From Camelus dromedarius (taxonomy: Eukaryota), in the NCBI RefSeq assembly GCF_036321535.1, contig NC_087436.1, forward strand, positions 106,270,001 to 106,334,000: a stretch of 64,000 nucleotides of DNA. The letters run 5' to 3'. The position numbers were made by a program, and so were the translations under genes. The notes under the pieces were generated by a model. The model saw only the letters and a list, made by a program, of their open reading frames with translations. It was not told where the DNA came from and ran no database searches. Of the stretch, positions 1 through 12,605 are shown piece by piece. Positions within the stretch are counted from its first letter, which is position 1. Each line of letters opens with the position of its first letter.

Positions 1-289
1 CATCTCATGGCTCTACCATTTCTTAGGGTCCCCTCCCCAGAGCCCTGGAGCAGCCCCTCTGCATCCAGAGGCAGACTGGGGAAGCGAGAGCATGGCGGAT
101 GGCTTGGGAGACTTTTATGGACCATATTGGATATAGCAAATGTCATTTTGTTTTATGTTGCATTGTCTAAAAACACACTCACATGGTCACAACTAACTGC
201 AAGGATAGCTAGTCAATGACCACCAGCTGTACACCCAGGAGAAGAGAAAATGAGTTTTGATGAACCCACAGCCAGCAGTATTGGCCACA

Positions 290-620
290 TATGGCATGCT
301 GAGAATCTTGGATTTAGTCTTGAAGGCACTAGATAGTCGCTGAGGTAAATGAAGCTAATGAATGACCAAGTTTGCATTTTAGAAAGATGAATCTGGCAGA
401 AGAAGAATTGATGGGGCCAAACATTCAAGTTAACAAGTAATCTGAATAATGTGAAACACAGTGAGTCCCAACCAAGGGAGTGGTATGAGGGATGGGGAAG
501 AGGAGGCTGATTTGAGAAATGTGGAAGAGTTTGAATGGACAGGGTTACGAATTAGTGGCTGGGAGTGCAGAAGAGAGAGAGGATAAAAGGATTAAGAACA
601 CCCAACTGTCATTCACTGAG
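290..620 (-). mobile_element. LINE-2 fragment
   Basis: Antisense L2-like text (ttgcattttagaaagatgaatctggcag...gatggggaagaggaggctgatttgagaaat); diverged, edges approximate. Confidence 0.6.
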
Positions 621-794
621 AGAGGAAACAGAGTGGGAGAAAGATTTTATGAAGCAAAGTGAAGAGTTTGAAGAACAAAACACCCCATTTTCTTTTCTTT
701 TGATTCCTATATTTTATAGTGAGCCTGTTTCTGAAACCAGGATTGGGACATGTATTTTGACATGCACAAGTGAAGCTGTGGGGCCAACATATTT

Positions 795-1311
795 GTAATC
801 AGGATTATCTTAGAGTATCTAGGGTGTAATAATATACATATATGTATATGGAGAGAGAGAGAGAAGAAGGAAGTGACTCTCGTGACTTCGGAGGCTGGAA
901 AGTCCCACAATTTGCTGTCTACAAACTGGCGACCCAGGAAAGCTGGTGGTGTAGTTCCAATCCGAGTCCAAAGGCTGAGAACCAAAAGAACCGATGGTGT
1001 AAGTTCCAGTCTGAGGACCAGGAGAGCTGATGGTGTAAACCCCAACCCGAGGCAGGAGAAGACTGATGTCTGCACTCAAACAGGCAGAGAGAGCAAGTAT
1101 TCTTTCCTCTGTATTTTTGCTTTATCCAAACCCTCAGTGGACTGGATGATGCTCACCCACAGTGGGGAGGGCAATCCACTTCACTGTCTACCAATTCAAG
1201 TGCCAGTCCCAGCCAGAAGCACCCTCGCAGACACACCCAGAAATAATATTTAACCAATTATGTGGATACCTTGTGGTTTGGTCAAGTTGTCTCATACAAT
1301 TTACCATCACA
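795..1311 (-). mobile_element. ERVL solo LTR, MLT2-family
   Basis: ggaggctggaaagtcccacaat...gacccaggaaagctggtggtgtagttcc...cagacacacccagaaataat...ttaccatcaca; reverse complement begins TGTGATGGT as in MLT2. Confidence 0.85.
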
Positions 1312-1459
1312 GAATTCCTCTTCTAGAGCCGTGAGAGGGCGTGGCCCTGCTGACACCTTGATGTTAGACTTTAAGCCTCCTGTAATTATGACAGAATAAA
1401 TTCCTGTTGTCTTTCAGCCACCCACTTTGCAGTACTCGGTCACAGCAACCCTAGGGACC
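1312..1459 (+). mobile_element. MaLR LTR 3' half (MLT1A/B/C-like)
   Basis: gtggccctgctgacaccttgat...gactttaagcctcc...agaataaattcctgttgt...cagcaaccctaggg. Confidence 0.8.
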
Positions 1460-1641
1460 CGGTGTGGAATGTGCGATGTAAGGGCATTGAGCACAAAGAG
1501 ATATTTTGACAGAGAGGGATGGTATATCTTTGTTCAGCATCTAAATTAGTCATTAGTTTTAAAATATTTTATATTACCAAATTATAAAGTAATTTACATA
1601 CATATGCTCATTCTCATATAACACAATTCCTACTGTAGAGA

Positions 1642-1858
1642 AGTAGTTTGGGATTTGCAGATACTAACTACTGTGTGTAAAATAGATAAATGACAAGGTC
1701 CTACTGGATAGCACAGGAAACTGCATTCAGTACCTTTTAATGGCCTATAATGAAAAAGAATATGAAAAGGTATATATATGTATAAATGAATCACTATGCT
1801 GTACACCTGAAATTAACACAAAATTATAAATCGACTATAATTCAATTAAAAACAAAAA
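1642..1858 (+). mobile_element. 5'-truncated L1 3' end (artiodactyl/camelid type), inserted in a MIR
   Basis: gggatttgcagatactaactact...aaatagataa...aaggtcctactg.atagcacagg...gaatcactatgctgtacacctgaaa..aacac, A-rich tail; MIR resumes at 1859. Confidence 0.9.
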
Positions 1859-1935
1859 GGCTTAGTGAGTTAAGAAAATTGCCCCAGGTCACATAACTAG
1901 TCAGTGGTATTGAGGTCCTCCGGCCTTAATACTCA
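1859..1935 (-). mobile_element. MIR fragment
   Basis: ggcttagtgagttaagaaaattgccccaggtcacataactagt matches antisense MIR core. Confidence 0.75.
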
Positions 1936-3254
1936 CTCCTGGAACTCGAGTGATACCGTTCGTGCAAGAATTAAGATGTAGGCTCTTGCTGAGTCATCAG
2001 GAACCACCCAGGGAAATTAGGAAGCAGTGATCCTGCAGGCTGTGGGTAGGTCCTCTGAGAACTTCGTGCTCAGTGGGGCTTAAAATACTTGCCTGTGTGG
2101 AAAGCCTTACCTTTTCCCCTCCAGAGCACTGACTGAGGAGTGTAAAAGACAAGGGCAAATAAGGAGGCCTTCTTGGGTGTCATGTGAGCTCAGTGCAAGG
2201 AGTTTTGTGACTCTTGTCCACTTAAAATGTTTCTCTGGGTGTTGCTCAAGTGGCCTTCCAGCTTCTGCAGAGTGAAGCAGACTTTCTGGTGACCAGCTTT
2301 GCCAATTAACTACATGCCCTGTGCTCTGATGGAGCTCCATGTCACCATGTGTCATTTTGAGATGCACCCAGTGCTCTCTTGGCTCAGAGATTTTGCAAGC
2401 TGAGTGTATAAGATGCCTAAAATGTTTCGGAGCAGTTGAATGTGCCTCAGCTCAGATTTTTCACCCCACGCTCTGGATTAAAGAAGCAATCTTTAGACAG
2501 AAAGAAACCTGTTAATGCTTGGTAGTACTCCTTACTGAAAGAAATCCAACATGGCTGCCCCAATCCTATGTGAGGTTTCTGGGAGGTGGCCATGATTTTG
2601 ACTAATGAGGTTGTATTCCCTAATACTTTCTGCTGTGCTTGCAGGCATCAGAGTGGTTCTTTTAAGAGACTCATCACAGTACAAGTCAGATTAGAATCTG
2701 ACCCTCAAGGTCTTTTAAAAGAGGAAGGTTTTGTGAGAAACAGCAGACCAAGATGACAAAGTGGCATCTAATTTGCTTTCTATGTAAGTGAGAGCTCAGG
2801 AAAGCTGAAAAGGAAGAAATGGGCCCTCCTCAAAGACAGACTCAGTTCCTTTGCTAAAAACAGCAGGAGTCTTCGTTACAAGCAACTGCCATCTTGCACA
2901 AAAGAGCCCCAGCCTAGGCAGTATGGTTGACATCCTTTAGAATTCAATTAGTGATAGTGCAGTGACCCAATTTAACACTCTTCGTTAAGCAAAAGCCAGT
3001 GTACACATATGGCATTTCCAGGCCAAATTGATCTACATAGATGTTATACTCAGAATCTGCTTCTTTCTTTGCCCCCAAATTGAGGACATGTGGTTTCTTT
3101 CCGAGGTCCTTCCTCTATTTCTAAGTTATTTATACTGTGGTAGGGGCAGTGGAAGATACAAAAACAAACAAAATCACATTCCATTTTCAAATTCCTTACT
3201 ACATAGTAACTGTTTTAAGAGAAAAGCAATAACCACCACAACCACCACAAAAAC

Positions 3255-3790
3255 GCATAATGGTGCTTTAAGTATTCTACATATTGAATCCTCAGAATTA
3301 CTTAGCACTATTAACCCTGTTTTACAAATAGGTAAACTGGATCTAGTAGTTTACAGATAGATAAACTATTACTAGATAAATCACTGGAGTCGGACTGGAG
3401 AGCAGTGGACAGGAAGGTATAGAAAAGATGTCATACATGTTATCAATGAGGTAACATGTGAATTGCTTTGAAATAGCCATTCTGTATTGGGAGGAGGAAG
3501 AGAAGAGCGAAGGCATGGTTATAAAGTATATGGCACCTCCAGGGAATGATGATGTAATTCATTTGGAACCTAGAGTAACATAGAACAGAGAAGTGGAAAG
3601 TCAGAATAAAACTAGTACCTGATTGTTAAGGGCTCCGAATCCCAGGCTATAGAGTTCAAACAGTTTCTTCCTTCAGAAGGACAGGAAGAGCCCTTGAAAG
3701 GTTTTGTACAGGATGGGTTTGGGGGTGGGGTACAACCAGGGCTGTGCTTTTAGGAAGATTAATTTGGCAGCAGTGCGTTTGATGGAGTCA
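3255..3790 (-). mobile_element. MIR fragment (3255-3345) followed by L2 fragment (about 3420-3790)
   Basis: ctgttttacaaataggtaaactg (MIR); gagcccttgaaaggttttg...gctgtgcttttaggaagattaatttggcagcagtg (L2). Confidence 0.6.
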
Positions 3791-5211
3791 GGGTTGGGTT
3801 CCCTAGGTGAGCACAGACAGCAGGGAGAAAGCTCTTTTTGGGACTTCTGAATTCAGTTGCATGTTTATTCTTTTTAAGATTAGACAGAAGTTACTTCTTC
3901 TAGGAGAGGATCAGTGTGGAGAAAGTATGAAGGGAAGACATCAGTTTGCTGACCCCAGAGAGTGCCTAAGATTGGTAACTTCATGGCAGGGACAAAAATA
4001 ACATTTTAGGCTAAGACCACTCTGTCAGTACTGCTGATGACAGATGGCAAAGATCATCACCAGAATAGTCAAGGCGATCTTTGTTAACAAATAAAATAAT
4101 AGAGTGATAAAGAGAGGCACTCTGCTACTATAAAGTATGCGAATTGTAGAGTTTACATATCCATGTGTTCTTTAAAATTGTGAACAGCAATGGTATCTTT
4201 TATGCTAGTCTTATTTTGGGAGGCTAAAAAAAGAATAATTTATATGCCCATAGGACACATACAAGTTTATATATACTATATCATGATATTTAAACAAGTT
4301 TATAAAAAAAAAGATGAGTTTTAAATACAGGGTCATTAAGATGACTGACATAAGAAGAAACCATCAACCAAGGTTTTTTTTCACGTAGTCTTCAGTTGAC
4401 ATTTATATGGTCCAGCGTCTGTTGTATTGGTTCTTTTGTTTTCCTCTGAACCATGCAGAATAACTTAAGCTGCCAGTAACTTAAGGAATATAAGTAGCAT
4501 GTGTTTTCTGGAGTCAAGGATTATGCAGTGCATTTTACATTTTAGTAGCCACTGATAGAGACCTTAAGAAATTCAAGTGCGCTGGAGTGTTGGACTTTAG
4601 CTTTCTTTCTTTCTTAGAAAGATGCACATCCTGGACCATGAAGAAGGCATATAGGCAGAGGGGTGACTATTTGAAGTGGAATTTATTTTTCATCACAATC
4701 CATGCTTGCTTTCTATTGGGGTGACTTGGTGTATACATTTTTAACACTGTGAAGCCACCAGTGTTAATAAAAAAAAAAAAAAGCTGAATGCATATTGGCA
4801 TCCTTGGAGAGCAGGCTTTCGAATGTTGAGTGGGTCTGGTAGATGGTAAAACTTTAAGAAATCTCTTTCAGAGAATTTTTTTAAGACATTTACTTATCAA
4901 TAGTCCAGATGGCACTTGAAATGATGAATAATAAGCTTTACAGGTGAAACACTGGCCAATGGAAAAAACATTCTAAGGGTATATGCGGTAAATACTTACA
5001 TGATATGGCAAGCAAGGAAGGTAATAAAATTAAAGATGCATTATCAAGTAATATCTTTTATATTTATTCTTTATTTGGATCTATTAGGGGTGAGGTGCTT
5101 TTTTATAACTTCATATTTAACAATCTGATATCCAAAGTAGGACTCTTTAAAGAACAACATGGTATCTATATAATTCTCTTCTGAAAATAAAAACTATTTT
5201 CTTAAACATAG

Positions 5212-5438
5212 TAGGGGTTCACAGTTAGGTATCCATGGATATGCTTCAAGGTGTCTGTCAGCTCTTAGAAATTGTATCAGGAAATTCACATGCATGTAAC
5301 TATGTGAATTTTGGCAGAGAGAGGTCTCCATAGCTTTTTTCTCTTCTCCTCCTCCTCCTTCCTCTTCTTCTTCTTCTTCTTTTTTTCCATTTAGGCTCTC
5401 AAAGAGATTTGTAATTCCCAACAGGCCGAGAACCACTG
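5212..5438 (+). mobile_element. hAT-Charlie MITE (Charlie4z-like) with internal (TCC)n(TTC)n microsatellite
   Basis: ggggttc...tccatggatatgcttcaagg...gaaattgtat...gagagaggtctccatagcttt...tctcaaagag...gagaaccactg; microsatellite at about 5341-5385. Confidence 0.7.
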
Positions 5439-5455
5439 TGTTAATGGAAGGTAGA

Positions 5456-5953
5456 CGTATCAGTCAGAGTTCTGGGGAAGATAACAGATGGCACACTCAA
5501 ATGGGATTAGGTTTTAATGCAGAGACTATTTTCAAGGATGTGGGAAGGGTTAAAGGAAATCAACAAATGATGAATCCCAAGGGCTAGCAATAGTGGAAGG
5601 GCCTGACAACCTTTAAACGTGAAGGTGGCAGGAAAGAGAGCTTGTCCAGGAACCCAGAGAGCTGTACCTGTAGCTGGTGGATAGGGTCCATCACAGCAGT
5701 GCAGACTTTGTGGGAGGAATGAGGTGCTTTTCAACCTGTGCCCAGCAGGGAGGGCATTGGAGGGAACATACACACTTCGTTTTTCTTCTGGCCTTGGATC
5801 TACTGTTAGTGCTTTGTAATATTAACATCTAGTCAGAAGGGGAAGGCCAGGAAACCCATGGACACAAACTTTAATATTCAGCCTCCAGGGGCACAGGTAA
5901 TAGAGAAGTGTGAAGCATAGATCTGGAGGAACAAATAGGGAATGTTCAGCACA
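5456..5953 (-). mobile_element. ERVL solo LTR, LTR33-like
   Basis: gtatcagtcag...aacagatggcacactcaaa...gggctagcaa...; reverse complement of right end reads TGTGCTGAACATT...CCTCCAGATC. Confidence 0.75.
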
Positions 5954-7164
5954 GTGATATTTAGCTTGCTTTACCATAATCCCAATTTCTGTTTTCCTCC
6001 TGCCAACAAGAACTGAAGTCAAGTTCTGCTATAATAACTTACCCAGTTTAGAAATATCACAACCTAGACCAGTGTAGCTTTATTTTGGTTATTTTTTTTT
6101 CAACCTTCTACTTCTTAAGGATGGTTTCTGATTGAGCCATGTGAACAGTGGCTTAAAATTAATTTTATGTTAAGATAAATTTTAGGAATGTTGGGACAAT
6201 TTTAAGGCAGGTTGATATCATGTGAGTATATCTCACTAGAATGCTAGAGAAGCAAAGAAGACAATAGTCATTTATTTATTCCCAGTGAAACAAAACTATG
6301 ATTGTCCTACATTCAGCAGAATTTGTACTTTGTTTTTATTTCAGTGAGAGACTCAGATCTGTAAGCTTTAGTACTGCATTAACTCATTGTACAGAGTTCA
6401 TTATTGTAATTAGACTGCTTTTTAAGATTATTAGTGGACTCACTAATGTACTCTTAAAAAGCTTTATTTGGAAGGAAGTCAATATCCAAAGCCAATAGAA
6501 CCGACGAGCTTGTGCCACACGCTCTGTTGCTGAAAATCATGTTATCAATTTTCATGTGACTGTTAATCAATTAGAGTGACAGAGAGATGATTTGAAGTCA
6601 ATTTTCTGTTTATTGCTAAATTAGCATTTGATCACATGTGCTTATTTTGGGTTTCGAAGAAGCTATGGTTTCCTCTGTCAAGAGAAAGAATGGAGGTCAA
6701 TGATGGGAATAATCATTTGTAATTTAAAAAATATTTGCATATTAAGATGCAACTGTTAGTTACAGAGCTAAAATGGCAAGTCTGTGCTTGTGTTTGAGTT
6801 GGGACGGCTAACATAGGAAGACTGATCAGACGAAGTGTTGCACCGGATGCAGACATACCTAGCCAGCATTTAATCCAAGAAATGAATCAAGCATTGGAGG
6901 CTTAGTGGTAGGTTAGTGTGTTGTCCTTAAAACAAACAGGGATCCAGTTTTTCAAATTGGAGAAGTGTGCGGTAAGGTGTGTTGTCTTTGGATTAGAATG
7001 TAAAGATACTCTGGCTATTTGTGGAACAGTAACCATGATACGTTGTGGCCAAACTGTTGGTTAGATATTGAGAGTGTTAATGGGATTTAAGTAAAAGCCT
7101 ATGAAGTAATACAGTGACGGGCACTGGACATGATGATGGTGATGATGGTGGTGGCAGCAGTGGT

Positions 7165-7605
7165 GGCTAATTTTTATTGAGTACTTACTGTGTGCTGAAC
7201 ATTATACTGTTTTAGAAAACATACTCTGTCAGTAACTCTAAGTCTTGTTCTCTATTTGTTGCAAATCGCTTTAGGAGTTATCTGTGTGTAACCGATGAAG
7301 AAACACAGACATCTTTATTGAACTAGATACTAGTATCTGGTTGCTCTAGGATTTACCATATTTAAGAAGAAGCAACAAAGGCGTAGAATGACTGAGTGGC
7401 TTGTATATCATCAGGGTTGAATTTTGTCCAACTCCAAAGACTATGAGTTTGACCATGATGCTAAACTTTCTGTATTGGAGTCAGAAGGCCTCTCTTTGCA
7501 TTTTATAAGCTACTGGTCTTTGAACCTCCATTTCCTCATACATAAAACAAGGGGTTAAGCACAATGAGCTCTTAGGGTCTTTGTAGCCCTAAATATTCTG
7601 ATTCT
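7165..7605. mobile_element. MIR (-) fragments and MIR3-like (+) fragment
   Basis: tttattgagtacttactgtgtgc (-); ggagtcagaagg...cctccatttcctcata..taaaacaagggg...attctgattcta (+). Confidence 0.6.
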
Positions 7606-8392
7606 AGAACTATCCAGTAGGGAGCAATTCCTCTCAAATGTGGAATATTATGCCACTATTCCAATTATAAATCAAATACTAGGGAATCTGGAATGCAGAC
7701 ATTATATTTCTCATAAGAACCTCAACTCCTTGTAATTGCGTATTTTCAATTACTCAGCGGTGTAATTGAATCACTAAAGTATGGCTCCTTAATTTACGTT
7801 GGATAGCAGGTGGACAAGTTTACTATCAGAAGTGTTGCACATTCTGACTTTTCTTCCTTTAAGATATGCTTCCAATTGGAAAGCAGAATAAATTACTGAG
7901 GGTTTGTCGATGATTCACAGTTATGGAGGGAACATTAAAGCTTTGGGATGACAGAATGTATTTTGTCCATATATTTGGACAAGTGAAGTTGAGTTTAAAT
8001 TACTTATGATAATATTTAATGGTGGGCCAGTAAATGCACTGTTGTCTATTTCGTGAGTGTAATTAAATTGTGTAAGACAAGACCTCACTGTGGCTCTTAG
8101 CTATTAAATCTCTGTGGTGATGTGAGGTGAGGCTGTCAGTGTTCTGTGGGGAATTACCAAGCCTGAGGAGTTACGAGGGAGGATTTGCCAGTGTCTGCTG
8201 TAGATCACTTGCTCTATTTGGATTCTGGAATGCCCATCTCAGTGCAGTGTCTGGGGTGCACTTACAAGGTTTAAATAGAAATTAAACTGGAGATGGGTCC
8301 ACTGCCGAATATAGCCATTTGCTTTCATAAACACAACCAGAGGGAGGAAAAAAAAAGAACTGAAAGGAAAAATCCAAGCCAGCAGCGCATAT

Positions 8393-8612
8393 AGAAAGAC
8401 TCTTCTGTTTCTGTTTTTAAATTACTTTATTTTATTTTTGCACGTTATTGTACAGCACAGAGAACTATGTTCAGTGACTTATAGTAACCTCTAATGAAAA
8501 AGAATATGAAAAAGAAAATGTACATATATATATATACATATGTATAACAGAATCACTATGCTGTACTCCAGAAACTAACACGACATTGTAAATCAAAAAG
8601 AAAGATTCTTCT
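8393..8612. mobile_element. Short L1 3'-end insertion with internal inversion, flanked by 14-bp TSD
   Basis: L1 3'UTR text 8446-8598; T-rich inverted tail 8407-8440; direct repeats agaaagactcttct (8393-8406) and agaaagattcttct (8599-8612). Confidence 0.85.
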
Positions 8613-9299
8613 CCTACTTCGAGGGTCCCAGAGGGAATACTGCCCTCAGGGAGAGCAGCTGGGGAGTGCTGGGGCCCCGATTTGGAATGTTCTTGCTCTG
8701 GACAACCTGGGAGAAGACAATTAGAAGAACAGGCTGGGTCCAAATAACTTTGGAGGGTCAGTATCGGGAGAGGCAATTACCCTGGTACCTGGTCCCTGAA
8801 TTATAAATGTCACTTACAGACTTTTTCTAACCTTGAGTTAACTGCATTGGCTCGGTAGGCACCTGGGTGCTCCTGATTCTCCCATTAAAGGAAAGTTTGG
8901 GCCACCTCTCCTGCACCAAGGTCAACCTCCCTACTCTGGGTCCCCCTAGAATTGCAGGCATCACGTCTAGAAGTGGCAAAGACGTTCAGATTCGGTTTAT
9001 AGAGGGGGCCGCAGATAATCCTGAACTGGGGAATTATACCCGGTGAAGCCATAGGCCCTTTATGTTGTTTTGTTCTACAAGGTCATGGTGTTCTCTTGGT
9101 CATTCACTCATGTTTGGGCAGGATATTTACTTCACAAGGGGACTTGGTTTGAGAGGCCAAGTCAGGGTCTGAAATCCAGTCCATTCTCAGCTTGCTGAAC
9201 TGTGTGTCTTGGTGTGGGACGCTTGTGCTAGAAGAAAAGGGTGTCTTTGATTTTTAAAAAGCCACCATTTAGGCTAGCAACAGCCTGGATCATTCTAGA

Positions 9300-9560
9300 C
9301 ATTTAGGTCAACACAAAATTGTTGAGTACTTACTTTGTACCAGGCACCATGCTAAGCTTTGGCAGGTAGGGGACGAGCAAGCCCTGGCTTCTGCTTTTTA
9401 GTAGTTCGTGGTCTCACGGGGCTGGCAGCCAGGTACATGGATAAAGGCGTGATTGGGCAATATATATGCAGTGATAAAGTACATACACACAGCATGTCAC
9501 AGATACAAAGAGGAGAGAGGCTTAGGTGGTTTGGCAAGATTGAGGAAGGGAACATACCCA
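9300..9560 (-). mobile_element. L2 3' end
   Basis: tgttgagtacttactttgtaccaggcaccatgctaagc. Confidence 0.7.
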
Positions 9561-10307
9561 AACACCGGTACAATCCACGCTCACAAATGCAGAAGCCTAC
9601 ACTGATTTTTTTTCTTTTAGGTCATTGGAAAATCTGTCAGTCATCAAGAGACAAATGCAAACATAAGGTTAGGGATGGCCTGCTTTCTCTGCTGGTGATA
9701 GAGCTAATACTTAAAAATAAAATCATAATTGACCACTATATTGACAAGTTTTCACAAACATGTCTGTAAATAAATTGGAATTGATACTCCCGTGTGATCT
9801 TGAAAGATCATTTAGCCTTCCTTACGTGATGTCTACATAAATATTCAGAAATGGTTCCAATGAAGGTGGACCTGAGAACACAGCTATAACTCAGTTGTAA
9901 TTAATGCCTCTAAAATTAAAGATTAAGTCAATCTAAAAATAGTAATAGTAGTTAACTTCTTAAAAGCATCTCACAACAAAATTATAAAGCAACTTCTATT
10001 ATCAACTGTAGATTAAAGATAAGTCAAGACTCTGGGATGTTTAGAAATATTGCCAAGGCTTGTAAATGGCAGGACCAAGAATCAAAGACAGGCTTTTTTG
10101 ACTTCAGAGCCTGTATGCTGAATGGCTAAGCCAGGACGATGTTTCCTGAGTAGGAACTGGAACTGGGTAACAGGTCTCCTCAAATAACGTGTCTACTTGT
10201 GAAGTTGGGGACTGTGTTTGATAACTTTTGTAACATCGTAGCATATTTAAATTCTCAAGAAATGCTGTAAACTCTGAAATGGACAGATAACTAGAGGGTC
10301 AGAATAC

Positions 10308-11335
10308 AAGATAATAGCAAACACTTCCATAGTACCTACTATGTACCTAAGTACTCTGTACTTACTATGTACCTGACATGGTTCTAAGTACTTTATAGTA
10401 CAATTTACTTTTGATCCATGTACAAAGCATACAGTAAAGTATCTAAGTGCTTTAATCTTAAGTGTACAGCTGAATGAATCTTTATATGTGTATGCCATAT
10501 TTCCAACACTCCAGAAGGTTCCCTTGTGCCCTTTTTAGGGCACTACCTTACCCAAAGGGTAACTACTCCCAGAGGTTCCTTCTGTCATTATCAGTCATGT
10601 CAGTTCTTGTACTTCATGTAAATGAAATCATACATTATTTATTGTTTTGTGTCCTTCTTTTGCTCAACAAAATGCCTACGAGATTTACTCATGCTGTTAC
10701 ACATGTTAGTAATTATTTTACTGCTGTGCAGTATTTCATTTTATTAACTTAGCACAATTTAGTCCTTCTCCTGTTGACGGACAGTTTGAGTTGTTTTCAG
10801 CTTGGGGCTAATATAATTCAAAATGCTAGAAACATTTTCATACATGACTTTTGGTGGGCATATATGCTCAATCCTATTGGACATGAACCTAGGAGTGGAG
10901 TTTCAGGGCCATAAAGTAGGCATGTGTTTGGCTTTAGGAGAGACTTCCAAATAGTTTTCCAAAGCAGTTGGACCGACTCACACCCTCATCAGCAATATAT
11001 GAGAATTCTATTAACTTTACATCTATGCTAACACTTGGTATTGTCAGTCTTTTTAATTTTACCCATCCTGGTGGACATACAGTAATATCTTTTCTTTCTT
11101 TCTTTTTTTTTTTCTTTCTTTCTTTTTTTTTTTTTTTTTTTGTTCTCCATGCTTTACATTTAATCCACAAAATAATGCCTGGAGATAGGCACTATCATTA
11201 TCCCCATTTCACAGATGAAGAAACTGGGACGCAGAGAGGTTAAGTAACTTGCCCAAGGTCACACAGCTAGTCAGTGGTAATCAAACATGGGCAGTCTCAT
11301 TCCAGAGTCCACATTCTAAAACATTTTGCTACACC
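10308..11335 (-). mobile_element. MIR split by an old L1 (MIR parts about 10308-10400 and 11145-11335)
   Basis: ataatagcaaacact...tactatgtacc; then ccccatttcacagatgaagaaactg...gaggttaagtaacttgcccaaggtcacacagctagt. Confidence 0.8.
10400..11085 (-). mobile_element. Old L1 (L1ME/MD-like) 3' region
   Basis: aatcttaagtgtacagct...ccagaaggttcccttgtgccc...ttcttttgctcaaca...ttgttttcagcttggggcta...ccaaatagttttccaaag...acacttggtattgtcagtctttttaatttt. Confidence 0.85.
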
Positions 11336-11400
11336 TTGGAGCACTTATGAGAAGTAAATAGGTAGCTGTTCTTTGGGATTCTGCTATTTAAGCCTATGAA

Positions 11401-11643
11401 CAGTACCTTCAAACATTTTTGCTGTGGCTCTTTACCAATAGTATGGATATTTACTTAATTTTATTTAAAATACAAATCATTGTAGCCCCTTCCTAAAATA
11501 TTGCATCTGTGTAAACATCAACTACTTTCATCTTAATGAATATTAAAAGTAAATGCGTAACTCCTAAAGAAGAGTTGTTTGTGAAACATATAAAATGACC
11601 ACGCATACATAGCATTGTGGTACTCATACTTTGGGAAACACTG
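11401..11643. mobile_element. hAT-Charlie-like MITE
   Basis: Terminal inverted-type ends cagtaccttcaaac ... ctttgggaaacactg with AT-rich interior. Confidence 0.55.
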
Positions 11644-12129
11644 ATTTAAGCCATGAGATGATCCACCTACCCAAATCACCCATTTCCCAGTTTTTAAAAC
11701 TTTTGTTGCTATATATAACGATGAAAAAAATGAACATTAATTCAATTTATTGGCCCTGTAGAGACACAAACACTGCCTCAACAGCTTCAGCAAGGTTTTC
11801 TCCCACATTCACTATGTCCCAGAGGTAACGCACAGCTCTCCAGAGGCAGAGTGATAAGCAAGACCCAGCCTTAGCCACAGAGATTGCCATCTGAGGGAAG
11901 AGGAGGGGGAATTAGGTATAGCTACAAGTTATAGTGCTGAAGGGCAAAATGCGCCACATCCTGCTGAGCTGTTCAGAGTCTTCATGTCACTGTCTTTCAG
12001 ACAGCTCTGCCGTGTCCCCCCGGTGCTTCCCAATACCTTCCTGAAACAGCAGTTGATGATTCTATGCTCTGCTTTTTGATCAAAGGGAGAAAAACTCATG
12101 CCACCTTTATCCTCAATCAGTTTCTTTTT

Positions 12130-12605
12130 GAAATATTTTTCTCATTGTTTAAAAATTAATCTATTTCACTTTTTATCACAAACATAGAAAAACAAGACAA
12201 AATGGTATAATGAACCACTCTGTGCCTGATACCAGCTTCAGCTAGTATGAGCAATTCATGGCCAGTTTTGTTTCTTTAATACCACTTCCTCCTCTCACAT
12301 AACTTTGAAGCAAATCCAAGATGTTATTTCTCCTGTAAGTGTTTCATTGGGTATGCTTAAAGAAAAACAATCATAATGCCATTAGCAAATCAAAAAATTT
12401 AATAAGAATTCTTATTATCAAATATACAGTCAATGTTAAAATTTCTAATTATTTTATAAACACCATGTTTTAACAGTTTTGTTTGAATAAGAATCTAGAT
12501 AAGTTCCATATGTTGCTATTGGTTGATTTGTCTTTTAAGCTTCATTTACTCTATAGATCCCCCCATCTCTTTTGTTTTACCTTTTAATGTATTTATTGAA
12601 GACCA
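12130..12605 (-). mobile_element. L1MC-like 3' end
   Basis: gtataatgaacc...caattcatggcca...ttgaagcaaatccaaga...atcaaatatacagtcaatgttaaaattt...ttggttgatttgtcttttaag. Confidence 0.75.

Noticed and set aside
707..1253. Overlapping 122-126 aa ORFs
   Set aside because: They lie largely inside the MLT2 LTR.
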